Part shown: positions 1 to 10,586 of the stretch, in pieces
Numbering within the stretch: the stretch's first letter is position 1
Layout of the letters: every line of letters begins with the position of its first letter
DNA from: Candidatus Cloacimonadales bacterium
GTDB taxonomy: Bacteria; Cloacimonadota; Cloacimonadia; Cloacimonadales; DAONDQ01
DNA length: 64,000 bases
Assembly: GCA_963662275.1 (NCBI GenBank)
Contig: OY759316.1
Location: 3,936,001-4,000,000 of the forward strand
Reading direction: 5' to 3'
The notes under the pieces: generated by a model
Seen by the model: the letters and a program-made list of their open reading frames with translations, nothing else
What the model was told of the DNA's origin: nothing
Databases searched by the model: none
Made by a program: the position numbers and the translations under genes

Positions 1-2
1 GA

Positions 3-1181
3 CATGCTCAGTTGCATGTTCCATATTATCGTAATCTCTTTGCGAAAACCGGATTTGATGCATTAAAATTTAGCGGTAGTAACGATATGCATAAAATTCC
101 ATTATTGGATAAAGAAACTTTACGAAAACAGAACGACGAATTTGTGGCATCGGATGCATCTAAATATGGGATTTTTTGGGAACAAACAAGCGGTTCTACA
201 GGCACACCTTTAAATTTGCTTCTGGATAGCGAAAGCAGAGCAAATAAATTTGCAGCAGTATTACGTGCATATAATTGGAGCGGATATAAATTTGGTGACT
301 ATATTTTTTCTATCAGAGACCTCTCCCCTGATGATGATACCATATATCGCATTGATAGATTAACAAGAAGAATCTATTTCTATTCCAATTTGATCACATC
401 GGTAAATTGCTTGAAGATCAATGCCATCTTGAATCAATATAAGCCCAGTATTTATCTTGGATTTGGAAACTCATTCCTGATATTGGGACGTGTTTTAAAG
501 CAGAATAAAATCAAAATCCACTCCCCAAAAGCGATTATTAATTTTGGAGAAAATCTGTCTCAATCGACGATAACTCAACTTGAGAGTGATTTCCAATCGA
601 AAGTCTTTGATTTTTATAGTCATACGGAAAATGCTGTCCTCATTCATCAGTGTGACCATGGTTCCAAACACTTTGCCCCGGATTACGCTTTTCATGAAGT
701 AGTCGATAAAGATGGGCATGTTATTGAAGAAGGTACTGGCGAATTAGTCGGAACTTCTTTTTATAATAATGGCATGCCTTTACTCCGGTACAAAACAAGA
801 GATAATGTCACAATTTCGAATGAACCATGCAAATGTGGAAGAAAATCTAAACTGGTTGATTGTATTGTGGGAAGAATGGATGACTATATCATAACACCAG
901 AGGGCAGATACTTATTTATACCTAATGGTGCAATATATTGTGCCACTGGACTGGTTACATCACAATATGTCCAAGATGCTATCGATCATGTAACGGTTAA
1001 TCTCGTCATTGATAATAGTTTTCAAATGAGTGTCATGCCTGAAATTGAAAGTGGATTACGAGCTAGGTTTGGTCATACGATGAAAATCGATATTAAGATC
1101 GTTGATTCGTTAGAGTTAACGAAAGCCGGAAAAGCACCTTTTATCATTTCGAAAATAGGAAATAGATTTGATACCCTATAG
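3..1181 (+). CDS. Phenylacetate-CoA ligase family (CapK-like) adenylate-forming enzyme, 5'-partial
   Basis: TSGSTGTP P-loop, YSHTE, MPLLRYKTRD and IVGRMDD motifs. The frame is open to the window edge. Confidence 0.85.
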   Translation, partial: HAQLHVPYYRNLFAKTGFDALKFSGSNDMHKIPLLDKETLRKQNDEFVASDASKYGIFWEQTSGSTGTPLNLLLDSESRANKFAAVLRAYNWSGYKFGDYIFSIRDLSPDDDTIYRIDRLTRRIYFYSNLITSVNCLKINAILNQYKPSIYLGFGNSFLILGRVLKQNKIKIHSPKAIINFGENLSQSTITQLESDFQSKVFDFYSHTENAVLIHQCDHGSKHFAPDYAFHEVVDKDGHVIEEGTGELVGTSFYNNGMPLLRYKTRDNVTISNEPCKCGRKSKLVDCIVGRMDDYIITPEGRYLFIPNGAIYCATGLVTSQYVQDAIDHVTVNLVIDNSFQMSVMPEIESGLRARFGHTMKIDIKIVDSLELTKAGKAPFIISKIGNRFDTL

Positions 1182-1299
1182 AATAGAAGTGATTTCATGA
1201 ATGTGTTGAATAGAATCACTTGGACTTAATTATGGCTGTAGACTTAATAGATAAGTGTCATAAATAATGAAAAATTACGTAATAGATAGGTTGTGATGA

Positions 1300-2337
1300 A
1301 TGAATACTAAAAAGATTTTTATCCTCATTAAGATCATTGTCCCAATTATCCTGCTTTACGTTGTTTTTTCCCGGATTAACTTCAACGACCTTGCCACAAT
1401 CATCAAAAAAGCTAATTATAGAATTCTTATCATCGCATTACTCAATTTACCTTTGTTGTATTTTCTATATTGTCTTCGATGGAAAATACTATTGCAGGGA
1501 TTTTGGAAAACAAAAGTATCCTTTCTTCATCTTCTTAAAGTATTTTATGAAGGTTTTTTTCTCGGTTATTATCTTCCTGGAGGGATTGGTTTAGATGCTT
1601 ATCGCGTAATAAATGCAACCAAAAGTGAAAAGAAATATATGCCCCATATCAGCATTATCGTAATGGAAAAAATCTGCAGTTTAGTTTCTGCGTGTTTTCT
1701 GGTTGTGGTAGTAAGTCTCTTAATTAAAATCGACAATCAGGTCGTACACAGAATAATTATCTTGGGATACATTATCATAATTGCATTTATCATCATTACT
1801 ACGCTAGCCTTTTTTTTTAAAACAAAGACCTTTGTTCATAAGCTAATTCAGAAAGTTGAAGATTTTATCATTCTTAAAATTCGTAATCTTATGCTTAAGA
1901 TGTATCCGGATAATATTCAATCAGCCAATTCGACATCGTATTTTAAAGAATTTATCAAACCTTTTTCATCCTTTCACTTCATTGGAATCACGCTTGCATT
2001 TAGCTTAGTCATGCAGATTTTGTGTGCAGTTTTTGGACAAATTATTTTACTTGGTATAGGTGTATCTGTGCCGATCATTGTTAATATATTCTGTTCTCCA
2101 TTGTTATCTATCATTACCATGTTACCTGTCACTTTCGGTGGAATTGGTTTAAGAGAAGGATCTTATATCGTGATATATGGCTTATTTGGAATTTCAAAAG
2201 AATCAGCACTCTTGTCTTCATTGATAACGTTTTTTGTAATTATCTTCAATATTTTACTTGGAGGCTTAATTACTCTGATCTCAAATATCAGAAATACAAT
2301 CAGCACCCCACAATCTGAGTCTCATAAATCATGTTGA
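1300..2337 (+). CDS. Lysylphosphatidylglycerol-synthase TM domain / flippase-like membrane protein (UPF0104)
   Basis: Multi-TM protein with LRWKILL, PGGIGLDAYR and PVTFGGIGLREG motifs, in a glycan locus. Confidence 0.8.
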   Translation: MNTKKIFILIKIIVPIILLYVVFSRINFNDLATIIKKANYRILIIALLNLPLLYFLYCLRWKILLQGFWKTKVSFLHLLKVFYEGFFLGYYLPGGIGLDAYRVINATKSEKKYMPHISIIVMEKICSLVSACFLVVVVSLLIKIDNQVVHRIIILGYIIIIAFIIITTLAFFFKTKTFVHKLIQKVEDFIILKIRNLMLKMYPDNIQSANSTSYFKEFIKPFSSFHFIGITLAFSLVMQILCAVFGQIILLGIGVSVPIIVNIFCSPLLSIITMLPVTFGGIGLREGSYIVIYGLFGISKESALLSSLITFFVIIFNILLGGLITLISNIRNTISTPQSESHKSC

Positions 2338-3401
2338 AAATTCTCTTTACTGGCGATGTTTCTCTTACCAACATTGATGTTAATAATTTTCGGATTCAAC
2401 CTGACTTGGAAGCGATTTACAATGATTGTGATTTGAGAGTATGCAATTTAGAAGCACCTTTTACAAATGGAGAATCACATTTCCCCAATCAGGCATGGTA
2501 TATGAAAGCGAGTCCAATCGATTCAAATATTATCCAATCTTTTGATGTCTTTTCATTGGCAAACAACCATATCCTTGATTATTGTGAATCTGGCTTGAAA
2601 GATACAACCGCATTTCTGGAATCATTACAAAAAAAATGGTTTGGAATTGGTAGTAACCTAAAGAAATCATTACAACCGTTATTGTTAGAAAGGAATCGCC
2701 ATAAGCTTGCTTTTTTTGGTGTTACAAGTTACTATAATGCCGGGGAAAATAGTGCAGGGACATCATCCTTGTATTCAAAGCAAATAATTAAACAGATTCG
2801 AAAATACAAAAAGCAAGGATATTTTATTATCCTCTACCCCCATTGGAATTACGAATTTACTGATTATCCTGCTCCCCTTATAAGAAGACTATCTTTTCGA
2901 TATATTGATGCAGGTGTTGATATCATTATAGGTTCTCATCCTCATGTAATTCAAGGCTATGAAATATACAAAAATAAGCATATTTTCCATAGCCTAGGAA
3001 ATTTGATCTTCCACTCGTCTCAGTTTGTTCATAAAAGTGATCAACGGCTCTATCAGACTTTCGGAGTCCAGATTATCATAGATGAGAACTCAAATTATCA
3101 GACCGAAATCATCCCAATCACCAATTCGGATGAAAGTATTCGATTAATGGTAAATAGTGAAAAAGATGATTTTATGCATAAATTAACTCAGATTTCAGAA
3201 ACAATCAGGACATCTGAATATCCGGATGCTTTTTATTCTCAAGCGAGTACGATTATATCCAGATCTTTAGCTGCAATAAAAAAAGCAGACAAACAGAATT
3301 CTCTGATTTTGGGAATTCTTAAAAGATTACACAAAATCTCATTACAGGATATACTAATAGAATTATATATGATTTCAAAGAAAATCATCCCGAGATCATG
3401 A
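2331..3401 (+). CDS. CapA family metallophosphatase (poly-gamma-glutamate synthesis CapA-like)
   Basis: FTGDV, NLEAP, SLANNHILD, HWNYE, GSHPHVIQ and SLGN motifs. Confidence 0.85.
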   Translation: MLKILFTGDVSLTNIDVNNFRIQPDLEAIYNDCDLRVCNLEAPFTNGESHFPNQAWYMKASPIDSNIIQSFDVFSLANNHILDYCESGLKDTTAFLESLQKKWFGIGSNLKKSLQPLLLERNRHKLAFFGVTSYYNAGENSAGTSSLYSKQIIKQIRKYKKQGYFIILYPHWNYEFTDYPAPLIRRLSFRYIDAGVDIIIGSHPHVIQGYEIYKNKHIFHSLGNLIFHSSQFVHKSDQRLYQTFGVQIIIDENSNYQTEIIPITNSDESIRLMVNSEKDDFMHKLTQISETIRTSEYPDAFYSQASTIISRSLAAIKKADKQNSLILGILKRLHKISLQDILIELYMISKKIIPRS

Positions 3402-3491
3402 TACACACAAAGTATTTTCTGACTGAAGTGACCCTAAATGAAATATAAAATGAATAAATTATCCACTTGTTCATTGTGAGAGGTGAATACT

Positions 3492-5432
3492 ATGATGAAA
3501 CTCCTTACTAAAGCCAATATAGGCAGAATGCAATTAAAGAACCGCATTTGCTTTGCACCCATGGGTGTAGGCGGATTAGCCGGTTATAATGGGGAATTAA
3601 GCCAAAGAGGCATAGATTACTATGTGGAACGTGCAAAAGGCGGTGTTGCTTTAGTCAGAATGGGTGTTGCAAAAACCAATCGTAAATATGAAGTTGCTGA
3701 TGAACCTGTGAATAAAAGCATCATTCTTGATAATCGCTCCATGGAAAATTGGTTAAGTGAAGTAGTAGAACGCTGTCATGATTATGATGCGAAGATCTCT
3801 ATCCAATTGATGCCCGGGGTTGGTAGAATTGCCGGACAAACCATTCAACTCCAGGGAAAAGCACTCAGTGCTTCAGAAAATCCTTGTCATTGGGCTCCTC
3901 ATATTAAGACAAAAGCTCTTGCCGAAAACGAAATTTGGGAAATTATTCAATCTTTTGAACAAACTGCTTCCCTGCTCAAACTGGCAGGATTCGATGCCGT
4001 AGAATTGAACGGTCATGAAGGATACTTATTAGATCAATTCATGACACCTCTCTGGAATAGGAGAACAGACCAATGGGGCGGAACACTAAATAATAGGATG
4101 CGCTTTGCCCAGGAAATTATCAAAACCATAAAGAAAGGTGCAGGTGCTGACTTTCCTGTGATTTTCCGTTTTGGACTTACTCATAATTTACCTGGAGGCA
4201 GAGTCATAGAAGAAGGGCTGGAGATTGCTCAATACCTTGAAGATATCGGTGTATCAGCCATTGAAGTCGATGCAGGTTGTTATGAAAACTGGTATTATCC
4301 TCATCCTCCCACTACCTTACCGCAGGGATGCTTTTTAGATCTTGCCAGGATAACAAAGCAAGTTGTCAAAATACCTGTAATTGCGGTGGGAAAACTGGGT
4401 GATCCTCATATCGCTGAGCAGGCTCTCATAGATGAAATGGCAGATTTTATTGCATTAGGCAGACCATTATTGGCTGACCCTGAGTGGGTGAATAAAGTCA
4501 AAAAAGGTACATTTCAAACGATTAAACCATGTATTGGCTGCCATGAAGGTTGCCTGCAGCGTATATTCCAACATAAAGGCATCAGTTGTGCTGTGAATCC
4601 CAGGACAGGAAATGAGCAACTTCTAAAGCTGCAAAAAACAGAGAAAGTAAAGACAGTTGTCGTAATTGGCGGTGGTTATGCGGGAATGGAAGCTTCGATA
4701 ACAGCTTCCCAAAAAGGATACCAGGTACATCTTTTTGAAAGTTCTGAACACCTTGGAGGTATCTTTCAACTTGATTATATCCCTGGTTTCAAAACAGAAT
4801 TTAGTAAATTAACCCAGTATTATACACAAGAAATCGCAAATTCTGACATTCATCTTCATATGAATCATAATATCAACAGTACTGATATCAAGAATATCAA
4901 TCCTGATCATATCATCATTGCTACAGGAGCAATTGCCGGAATTCCTGATATTCCAGGTCTGGAAAGAAATCAAATCGTATTTGCCCGCGATGCATTTCAT
5001 AAGGATTTTCAACCTGATGGTGATGTACTGATACTTGGTGGTGGATTGGTTGGTACAGAATTAGCGATCACCTTAAAAGAGAAAGCTGAACGTATATTAT
5101 TAGTGGAACAAACCGCCCAGCTTTGTTCAAATGCCTTCCTTGCCAATAAAATGCATCTAATCAAGCTGCTTGAAGAAAGTCATGTAGAAGTTCATTTAAA
5201 TACTAGTATTACCAGTATAGAGAATCATAAGGCAATTGTAAATAATGGTTCAGAGATAATTGAATTGCCCTTTGGTACCTTCATTATTGCCACAGGATAC
5301 TGTCCTAATAGAGGCTTATTAGATTCTCTCGAGGAATTTGCAGATAAATGCATCCTGGTTGGAGATTGCGATGGACCTGGTAAAGTAATCAATGCAGTCT
5401 GGGATGCCTATCGGAAAGTGAATGTCTTATAA
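3492..5432 (+). CDS. NADH:flavin oxidoreductase (old yellow enzyme family, enoate/dienoyl-CoA reductase type)
   Basis: LKNRICFAPM, NGHEGYLLDQF, NRRTDQWGG, Fe-S motif CIGCHEGC...CAVNP, GGGYAG and GGGLVG. Start moved to ATG 3492 behind GAGGTG. Confidence 0.9.
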   Translation: MMKLLTKANIGRMQLKNRICFAPMGVGGLAGYNGELSQRGIDYYVERAKGGVALVRMGVAKTNRKYEVADEPVNKSIILDNRSMENWLSEVVERCHDYDAKISIQLMPGVGRIAGQTIQLQGKALSASENPCHWAPHIKTKALAENEIWEIIQSFEQTASLLKLAGFDAVELNGHEGYLLDQFMTPLWNRRTDQWGGTLNNRMRFAQEIIKTIKKGAGADFPVIFRFGLTHNLPGGRVIEEGLEIAQYLEDIGVSAIEVDAGCYENWYYPHPPTTLPQGCFLDLARITKQVVKIPVIAVGKLGDPHIAEQALIDEMADFIALGRPLLADPEWVNKVKKGTFQTIKPCIGCHEGCLQRIFQHKGISCAVNPRTGNEQLLKLQKTEKVKTVVVIGGGYAGMEASITASQKGYQVHLFESSEHLGGIFQLDYIPGFKTEFSKLTQYYTQEIANSDIHLHMNHNINSTDIKNINPDHIIIATGAIAGIPDIPGLERNQIVFARDAFHKDFQPDGDVLILGGGLVGTELAITLKEKAERILLVEQTAQLCSNAFLANKMHLIKLLEESHVEVHLNTSITSIENHKAIVNNGSEIIELPFGTFIIATGYCPNRGLLDSLEEFADKCILVGDCDGPGKVINAVWDAYRKVNVL

Positions 5433-5440
5433 CTAATTCC

Positions 5441-5472
5441 TTTCCATAAATCACTTTCCATAAATCACTTTT
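5441..5472. repeat. 14-bp tandem duplication TTTCCATAAATCAC x2
   Basis: Read directly from the sequence. Confidence 0.8.
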
Positions 5473-5509
5473 TGTACAGTCTTCATGGATTCCGATAACT
5501 GAAATGAAT

Positions 5510-5597
5510 TACTATCTCATTACGATAGCATTACGGTACTAATACGGTTTTTTACCGTAATGATACCGTAGTGCTACCGTATTGGTACCGTAATGCC
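5510..5597. repeat. Inverted array of 11-bp-period TACGGT/ACCGTA units
   Basis: ACG at 5522/5533/5544 and ACCGTA at 5554/5565/5576/5587. 5528-5548 is a near-perfect inverted repeat of 5576-5596. Confidence 0.85.
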
Positions 5598-5761
5598 TTT
5601 TAGAATTTTTTATAGGAAATGAGTTCAACAAAAGGATCCATGACTGGATGAAAAACTCAAAAAAGGAATGGTATCGTGTTGCTGGAATAGGATATGCTAA
5701 AGGAATTTATCTTGACAGCAACGGCAAATAAGCCCATATAAGTTAAGAAAGGCAGGTTTTA

Positions 5762-6691
5762 ATGGGAAATATTGATTTTAGTGTTGTTGTACCCGTATAT
5801 AATAGTAATGATTCATTACCCATTCTCACAGAAAGATTAATCGCTATATTTAGTAAAATGAATAAATCCTATGAGATCATCTTTATCAATGATTGCAGTA
5901 AAGATAATAGCTACCAGGTTTTACAAAAAGTACATACCGAAAATGAGCATATTATTGTGGTAGACCTCTTCCGCAACTACGGTCAACAGAATGCCATTAT
6001 GTGCGGATTCAATCATAGTTCAGGTGATTATATTATCACGATGGATGATGACCTGCAAAATTCACCTGACGACATACCTGTACTCTTTAATAAAATACAG
6101 GAAGGTTTTGATGTCGTCATTGGCAAATATGCGGATAAGAAGCACGGTTTTGTAAAGAATTTGGGTAGTAGAACAATCTTAGCGCTCAATCGATACATCT
6201 TCAAAATCAAAGATATGAACTTACGTTTTACCAGCTTCCGGATGATAAGAAAGGAAATCATTGACCAGCTCAAATACGAGAGAACCAATTTCCCATACAT
6301 TTCCGGTATGTTAGTAATGACAACCAACAAAATTACTAATGTTGAGATTCATCATTATGAAAGACCCTACGGAAAATCATCATATAATATTAGCATGCTC
6401 TTCAACTTAGCATTTAATCTCGTCTTGAATTATTCATCTATTCCCATTAAAATTATTGGTTATTTGGGCTTATTCGCATCTTTGTTTTCGATGGTTTTCG
6501 GTCTTTTCATCCTAATCCGAAAGTATCTTGAAGGTGGAGCACCTCCAGGATGGACAACATTGATAGTCCTCTTTTCTTTTTACAATGCCTTGAATTATAT
6601 ATTTTTCTTTTTTCTTGGCGAATATGTATCCAGGATTTTACAGGAAGTATCAAACAAAAAGCAGTACGTCGTTAGAGAGGTTTTAAAATGA
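5762..6691 (+). CDS. GT2 glycosyltransferase, ArnC/GtrB-like (undecaprenyl-phosphate sugar transferase)
   Basis: SVVVPVYN, INDCSKD, RNYGQQNA and MDDDLQ motifs, with two C-terminal TM helices and PPGWT. Confidence 0.9.
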   Translation: MGNIDFSVVVPVYNSNDSLPILTERLIAIFSKMNKSYEIIFINDCSKDNSYQVLQKVHTENEHIIVVDLFRNYGQQNAIMCGFNHSSGDYIITMDDDLQNSPDDIPVLFNKIQEGFDVVIGKYADKKHGFVKNLGSRTILALNRYIFKIKDMNLRFTSFRMIRKEIIDQLKYERTNFPYISGMLVMTTNKITNVEIHHYERPYGKSSYNISMLFNLAFNLVLNYSSIPIKIIGYLGLFASLFSMVFGLFILIRKYLEGGAPPGWTTLIVLFSFYNALNYIFFFFLGEYVSRILQEVSNKKQYVVREVLK

Positions 6692-7353
6692 AAAAAAGAA
6701 TTGTAATTGTTGGTGGTATTGGACCAGGTCAGATAGCCGCTTCCATATTTGAAGATATGAATAAAGTTGTTGATGAATGGGTGGTTGAAGGCTTCCTGAA
6801 TGATGTTGTACCCATTGGAGATTACTTTGGTAAATTCAAAGTACTTGGTGGAAGCGAAGAAGTAGCTGATTTTGTAAATAAGGGATATTACATCCATTAT
6901 GCCATGCATATTAATGCAAAAGCAAAAGAAGATAGAGTAAAGAAGATACTTAGTTTCAACATCCCGAAAGAAGCTTTGGCAACAGCAATTCACCCCACAG
7001 CATACCTGATGGAAGGGACAACCATCGGAGCCGGTTCCTTAATGGCTCCTTATTCCATTACTTCCTTTGGTGCCACTGTTGGTGATTATTCCTTTGTCTT
7101 TAGTGGTGGATTTTTAGGACATGACTGCTGTGTGAAAGACTTCTGCACAATTGCCGGAAGTGCCGTCATCGGTGCCAGGGTGCAAGTCAATGAAGGGGCT
7201 CACGTAGGCTTGAACGCAAGTATTAGAGAAGATATTACGATTGGCAATTATTCGATCATAGGAATGGGCTCTGTTGTTGTTCGCAGTACAGAACCCTATT
7301 CCATTGTAGCTGGTAATCCTGCCAAACCAATAAGTAAGGTGAAAAATGACTGA
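6688..7353 (+). CDS. Sugar N/O-acyltransferase, NeuD/PglD left-handed beta-helix family
   Basis: IHPTA, hexapeptide repeats, GHDC and VAGNPAK. ATGA overlap with the upstream gene. Confidence 0.85.
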   Translation: MKKRIVIVGGIGPGQIAASIFEDMNKVVDEWVVEGFLNDVVPIGDYFGKFKVLGGSEEVADFVNKGYYIHYAMHINAKAKEDRVKKILSFNIPKEALATAIHPTAYLMEGTTIGAGSLMAPYSITSFGATVGDYSFVFSGGFLGHDCCVKDFCTIAGSAVIGARVQVNEGAHVGLNASIREDITIGNYSIIGMGSVVVRSTEPYSIVAGNPAKPISKVKND

Positions 7354-8473
7354 GTTCAAATTAATACCCGTCAATAGACCCTTTATCGGCGATGAAGAAT
7401 TATCCGAAATCAAGGAAGTATTCGAATCCAGGTGGCTTGGATTAGGTTCAAAAGTAAAAGAATTTGAAGATAAAGTTTGTGAATATCTTCATGCCCCACG
7501 TTTCCTGGCAACTAACACAGGAACGACAGCATTGCATCTTGCCTTGCGTACTTTGGGAGTCGGAAGAGGAGATGAAGTCATTGTCCCATCCTTCACCTTT
7601 GTAGCAACTATTCAAGCAATCACAGCAAGCGGTGCAGAACCTGTCTTTTGCGACATTAGTGAGAAGAACCTGAATATTGATGTTACGAAAATACAGGCTT
7701 TGATTACAAAAAATACCAAAATTATCATTCCTGTTCATTATCGGGGAGTGACCTGTGATATGGATGAGTTATTGAACATTGCGGAAAGCAATCATCTCTA
7801 TCTTATTGAAGATGCGGCACATGCTTTTGGTTCTTATTATCATCAGAAGAAGATAGGCAGCTTTGGGCATGTTACCTGTTTCAGTTTTGACCCGATCAAA
7901 AATATCACTTGTGGTGAAGGTGGAGGTATTGTCTTCCATGATCCAAAACATCATGAATTAGCAGAAAAAATGCGTATTCTTGGTATTGATAAAGACACCT
8001 GGTCAAGATATCATAACAAAAGAAGCTGGCAATATGATGTTGTCTGCGAAGGCTATCGTTACCATATGCCAAATTTCTGTGCTGCGATTGGTTTGAAACA
8101 ATTGGATAAATGTGAGATGATGAGAGCTCATAAGGCAGCAATCTGTAAAAAGTATGATGAAGCCTTTGCTAATGTGAAGAAAGTATCTATCCTGGAAACA
8201 GACTACGATGAGATCTTTCCCTTCATGTATATCGTGCTGGCAAAGAACAGGGATGAATTCATCGCATATCTTGCATCCAAAGGTGTTGGCACTGGTATTC
8301 ATTATCTTCCTGCGCATGAATTTTCATTATACCAGGATTGTAAGAAAGATGATCTTAGGGTTACAGATAAAATTTCCAAGATGAATACTACACTTCCCCT
8401 CTATTATGAAATGACAGATGAAATAGTAAATAAAATCATACAAGCAGTTTTGGATTACGAAAAAGAAAATTAG
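7346..8473 (+). CDS. DegT/DnrJ/EryC1/StrS PLP-dependent sugar aminotransferase
   Basis: NTGTTALHLAL, IEDAAHAFG and FSFDPIKNITCGEGG (PLP lysine). Confidence 0.93.
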   Translation: MTEFKLIPVNRPFIGDEELSEIKEVFESRWLGLGSKVKEFEDKVCEYLHAPRFLATNTGTTALHLALRTLGVGRGDEVIVPSFTFVATIQAITASGAEPVFCDISEKNLNIDVTKIQALITKNTKIIIPVHYRGVTCDMDELLNIAESNHLYLIEDAAHAFGSYYHQKKIGSFGHVTCFSFDPIKNITCGEGGGIVFHDPKHHELAEKMRILGIDKDTWSRYHNKRSWQYDVVCEGYRYHMPNFCAAIGLKQLDKCEMMRAHKAAICKKYDEAFANVKKVSILETDYDEIFPFMYIVLAKNRDEFIAYLASKGVGTGIHYLPAHEFSLYQDCKKDDLRVTDKISKMNTTLPLYYEMTDEIVNKIIQAVLDYEKEN

Positions 8474-8530
8474 GCTTTTGCCTGAAAGACAATAGCCTAA
8501 CTCATTATATATTAAATGATATACGGATAA

Positions 8531-9592
8531 CTATCTCTGCTGATAGTTCTTATCCAGCCAGTTCTTATATGCACCTGTCTTAATATTGTTAATCCATTCC
8601 TGGTTGGATACGTACCATTCAACCGTATTTTTCAGACCCTCTTCAAAAGAAACACTCTGTTTCCATTTGAGGTCTTTCTTGATTTTATCACAATTGATGG
8701 CATATCTCCTGTCATGTCCCGGTCTATCTTTCACAGGGGTAATAAAAGAAAGATAATAGTCGGATGGTTTGCCCATTTTATCTGCCATTATGGAACAGAG
8801 CTTATGCAGGAGATGCACATTTTCCCATTCATTTTCACCGCCAACATTATAAGTTGCTCCACGTATTCCGTTTTTAGCGATTTCCCATATGGCACTACAA
8901 TGGTCTTCCACATACAACCAATCCCGTATATTCTTCCCATCACCATACAAAGGCAATGGCTTCTCCTCAAGCATGTTGATGATCATAAGAGGAATGAGCT
9001 TTTCCGGGAACTGATAAGGACCATAGTTATTTGAACAATTAGACATGGTAACAGGCAAATGATAGGTATGAAAATAAGCCATTACCAAATGATCTGAAGA
9101 AGCTTTACTTGCAGAATAAGGACTACGGGGATCATAACGGGTATCTTCAAAGAAAAATCCGCTGTCACCTAAGCTTCCGAATACTTCATCGGTTGATATA
9201 TGATGGAAAACAACGTCTGTTCTACCAGCCCAGAATTCCTTGGCAGCTTCCAATAAATGAAATGTACCCAGAATGTTTGTATTGATAAAATCAGCAGGAC
9301 CGTAGATGGAACGATCCACATGAGATTCAGCAGCAAAATGAATCACTGTATCGATATCATACTTGTGAAAAACCGCTTTCACAGCTTCAAAATTACAGAT
9401 ATCTACATGCTCAAAGAAATATCGAGTACCTCCATACTTCTGTTCTGCTGCTGCTAAATTTTCTAAATTACCAGCATACGTGAGTTTATCAAGACAGATG
9501 ATCTTCCCTTGGAAGTTATTTTGGTTAAAAAGATAATGAATAAAATTGGAACCAATAAAGCCTGCACCACCAGTGACTAGTATATTTAACAT
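8531..9592 (-). CDS. rmlB: dTDP-glucose 4,6-dehydratase
   Basis: TGGAGFIGSN, DKLTYAGN, AAESHVDRS, HISTDEVFG, YSASK and DRPGHDRRYA. Start taken at MLNILV. Confidence 0.96.
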   Translation of the reverse strand: MLNILVTGGAGFIGSNFIHYLFNQNNFQGKIICLDKLTYAGNLENLAAAEQKYGGTRYFFEHVDICNFEAVKAVFHKYDIDTVIHFAAESHVDRSIYGPADFINTNILGTFHLLEAAKEFWAGRTDVVFHHISTDEVFGSLGDSGFFFEDTRYDPRSPYSASKASSDHLVMAYFHTYHLPVTMSNCSNNYGPYQFPEKLIPLMIINMLEEKPLPLYGDGKNIRDWLYVEDHCSAIWEIAKNGIRGATYNVGGENEWENVHLLHKLCSIMADKMGKPSDYYLSFITPVKDRPGHDRRYAINCDKIKKDLKWKQSVSFEEGLKNTVEWYVSNQEWINNIKTGAYKNWLDKNYQQR

Positions 9593-9692
9593 ATGTTTTC
9601 CCTTGTGAATCATCGTTATATGTGTTATTTTATTTTGACAAAGACCATTTCCTTATGTGCATAGTCAAGATAATTTTAGTTCTGCAATTTCA

Positions 9693-10586
9693 CTACTCCA
9701 TAGACTTCTTCTGGCGTGAAAGCTTGTATCTTGCTATGATCTTATTGGCTGCAATGACCATAGGCGGTCCAATAAACTTATTATTCTTCACAGCAACACC
9801 GGCATTATTTTCCTGTGCTTCCTTGTAGAGCCTCAGCATTTCCAAAGCTTCTTCATATTCGGCATCTGAAGGAGTAAAATACTGATGAACCAGTTCCAGT
9901 TCTTTTGGATGCAACACAAGCATACCTTCAAATCCAAGCATTTTTGCTAACTTCAAATTCTCTTCCAAGTCTGGTAGGTCATGTACCTGGATATGTACAG
10001 TATCAATCGGAATGACATTATTCGCTCTTGCAGCCATGGCAATCATGGCACGGGGAACATAAAGACTCTTACCTTCATGATCGTGAATGCCTTCCAGATC
10101 ACTGATAAAATCTTCACAGCCAAAGGCGATGGCAATCACTCGTTTGGAAGCCGAACAAATCTCTGTTGCATGTAACACTGCTGCGGACATTTCGATTAAT
10201 GGTATGATTTTATAGGTGCCAATCGGAATTTTCTTTTCATATTCAATGGTTTCCAGTAACTTATCAAAGAAATAGATATCTTCTCCGCGTTTTGACTTGG
10301 GATACATGAAACCATGGACACCTTCAATTGTAAGAGCTTGAATGTCTTTCAGCAGATGTCCGCTTTCCCTGTCATTTACTCTTGGAAAAACATAATAAGA
10401 TTTTAATGCCCCGGAATTGACCCATTTGGCAATACTTTCTCGAGCAACCTGTTTATTTGATTCCGGTTGAACAGAATCTTCAAGATCAAGCACTAACACA
10501 TCTGCTGTTGATTTAATAGCGCTTTGGAATAATCGCTCGTTATGACCGGGTACAAACATGAGACTTCTCATCAAATAGTCAGACAT
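9693..10586 (-). CDS. CitE/HpcH-family CoA-ester lyase (malyl-/citramalyl-CoA lyase-like)
   Basis: RSLMFVPG, LDLEDSV, PRVN, PLIE, FGCEDF and GFEGMLVLHP. Confidence 0.88.
   Translation of the reverse strand: MSDYLMRSLMFVPGHNERLFQSAIKSTADVLVLDLEDSVQPESNKQVARESIAKWVNSGALKSYYVFPRVNDRESGHLLKDIQALTIEGVHGFMYPKSKRGEDIYFFDKLLETIEYEKKIPIGTYKIIPLIEMSAAVLHATEICSASKRVIAIAFGCEDFISDLEGIHDHEGKSLYVPRAMIAMAARANNVIPIDTVHIQVHDLPDLEENLKLAKMLGFEGMLVLHPKELELVHQYFTPSDAEYEEALEMLRLYKEAQENNAGVAVKNNKFIGPPMVIAANKIIARYKLSRQKKSME

Noticed and set aside
2331..3401. Poly-gamma-glutamate capsule operon
   Set aside because: Only a CapA-family gene is present. capB and capC are absent from the window.
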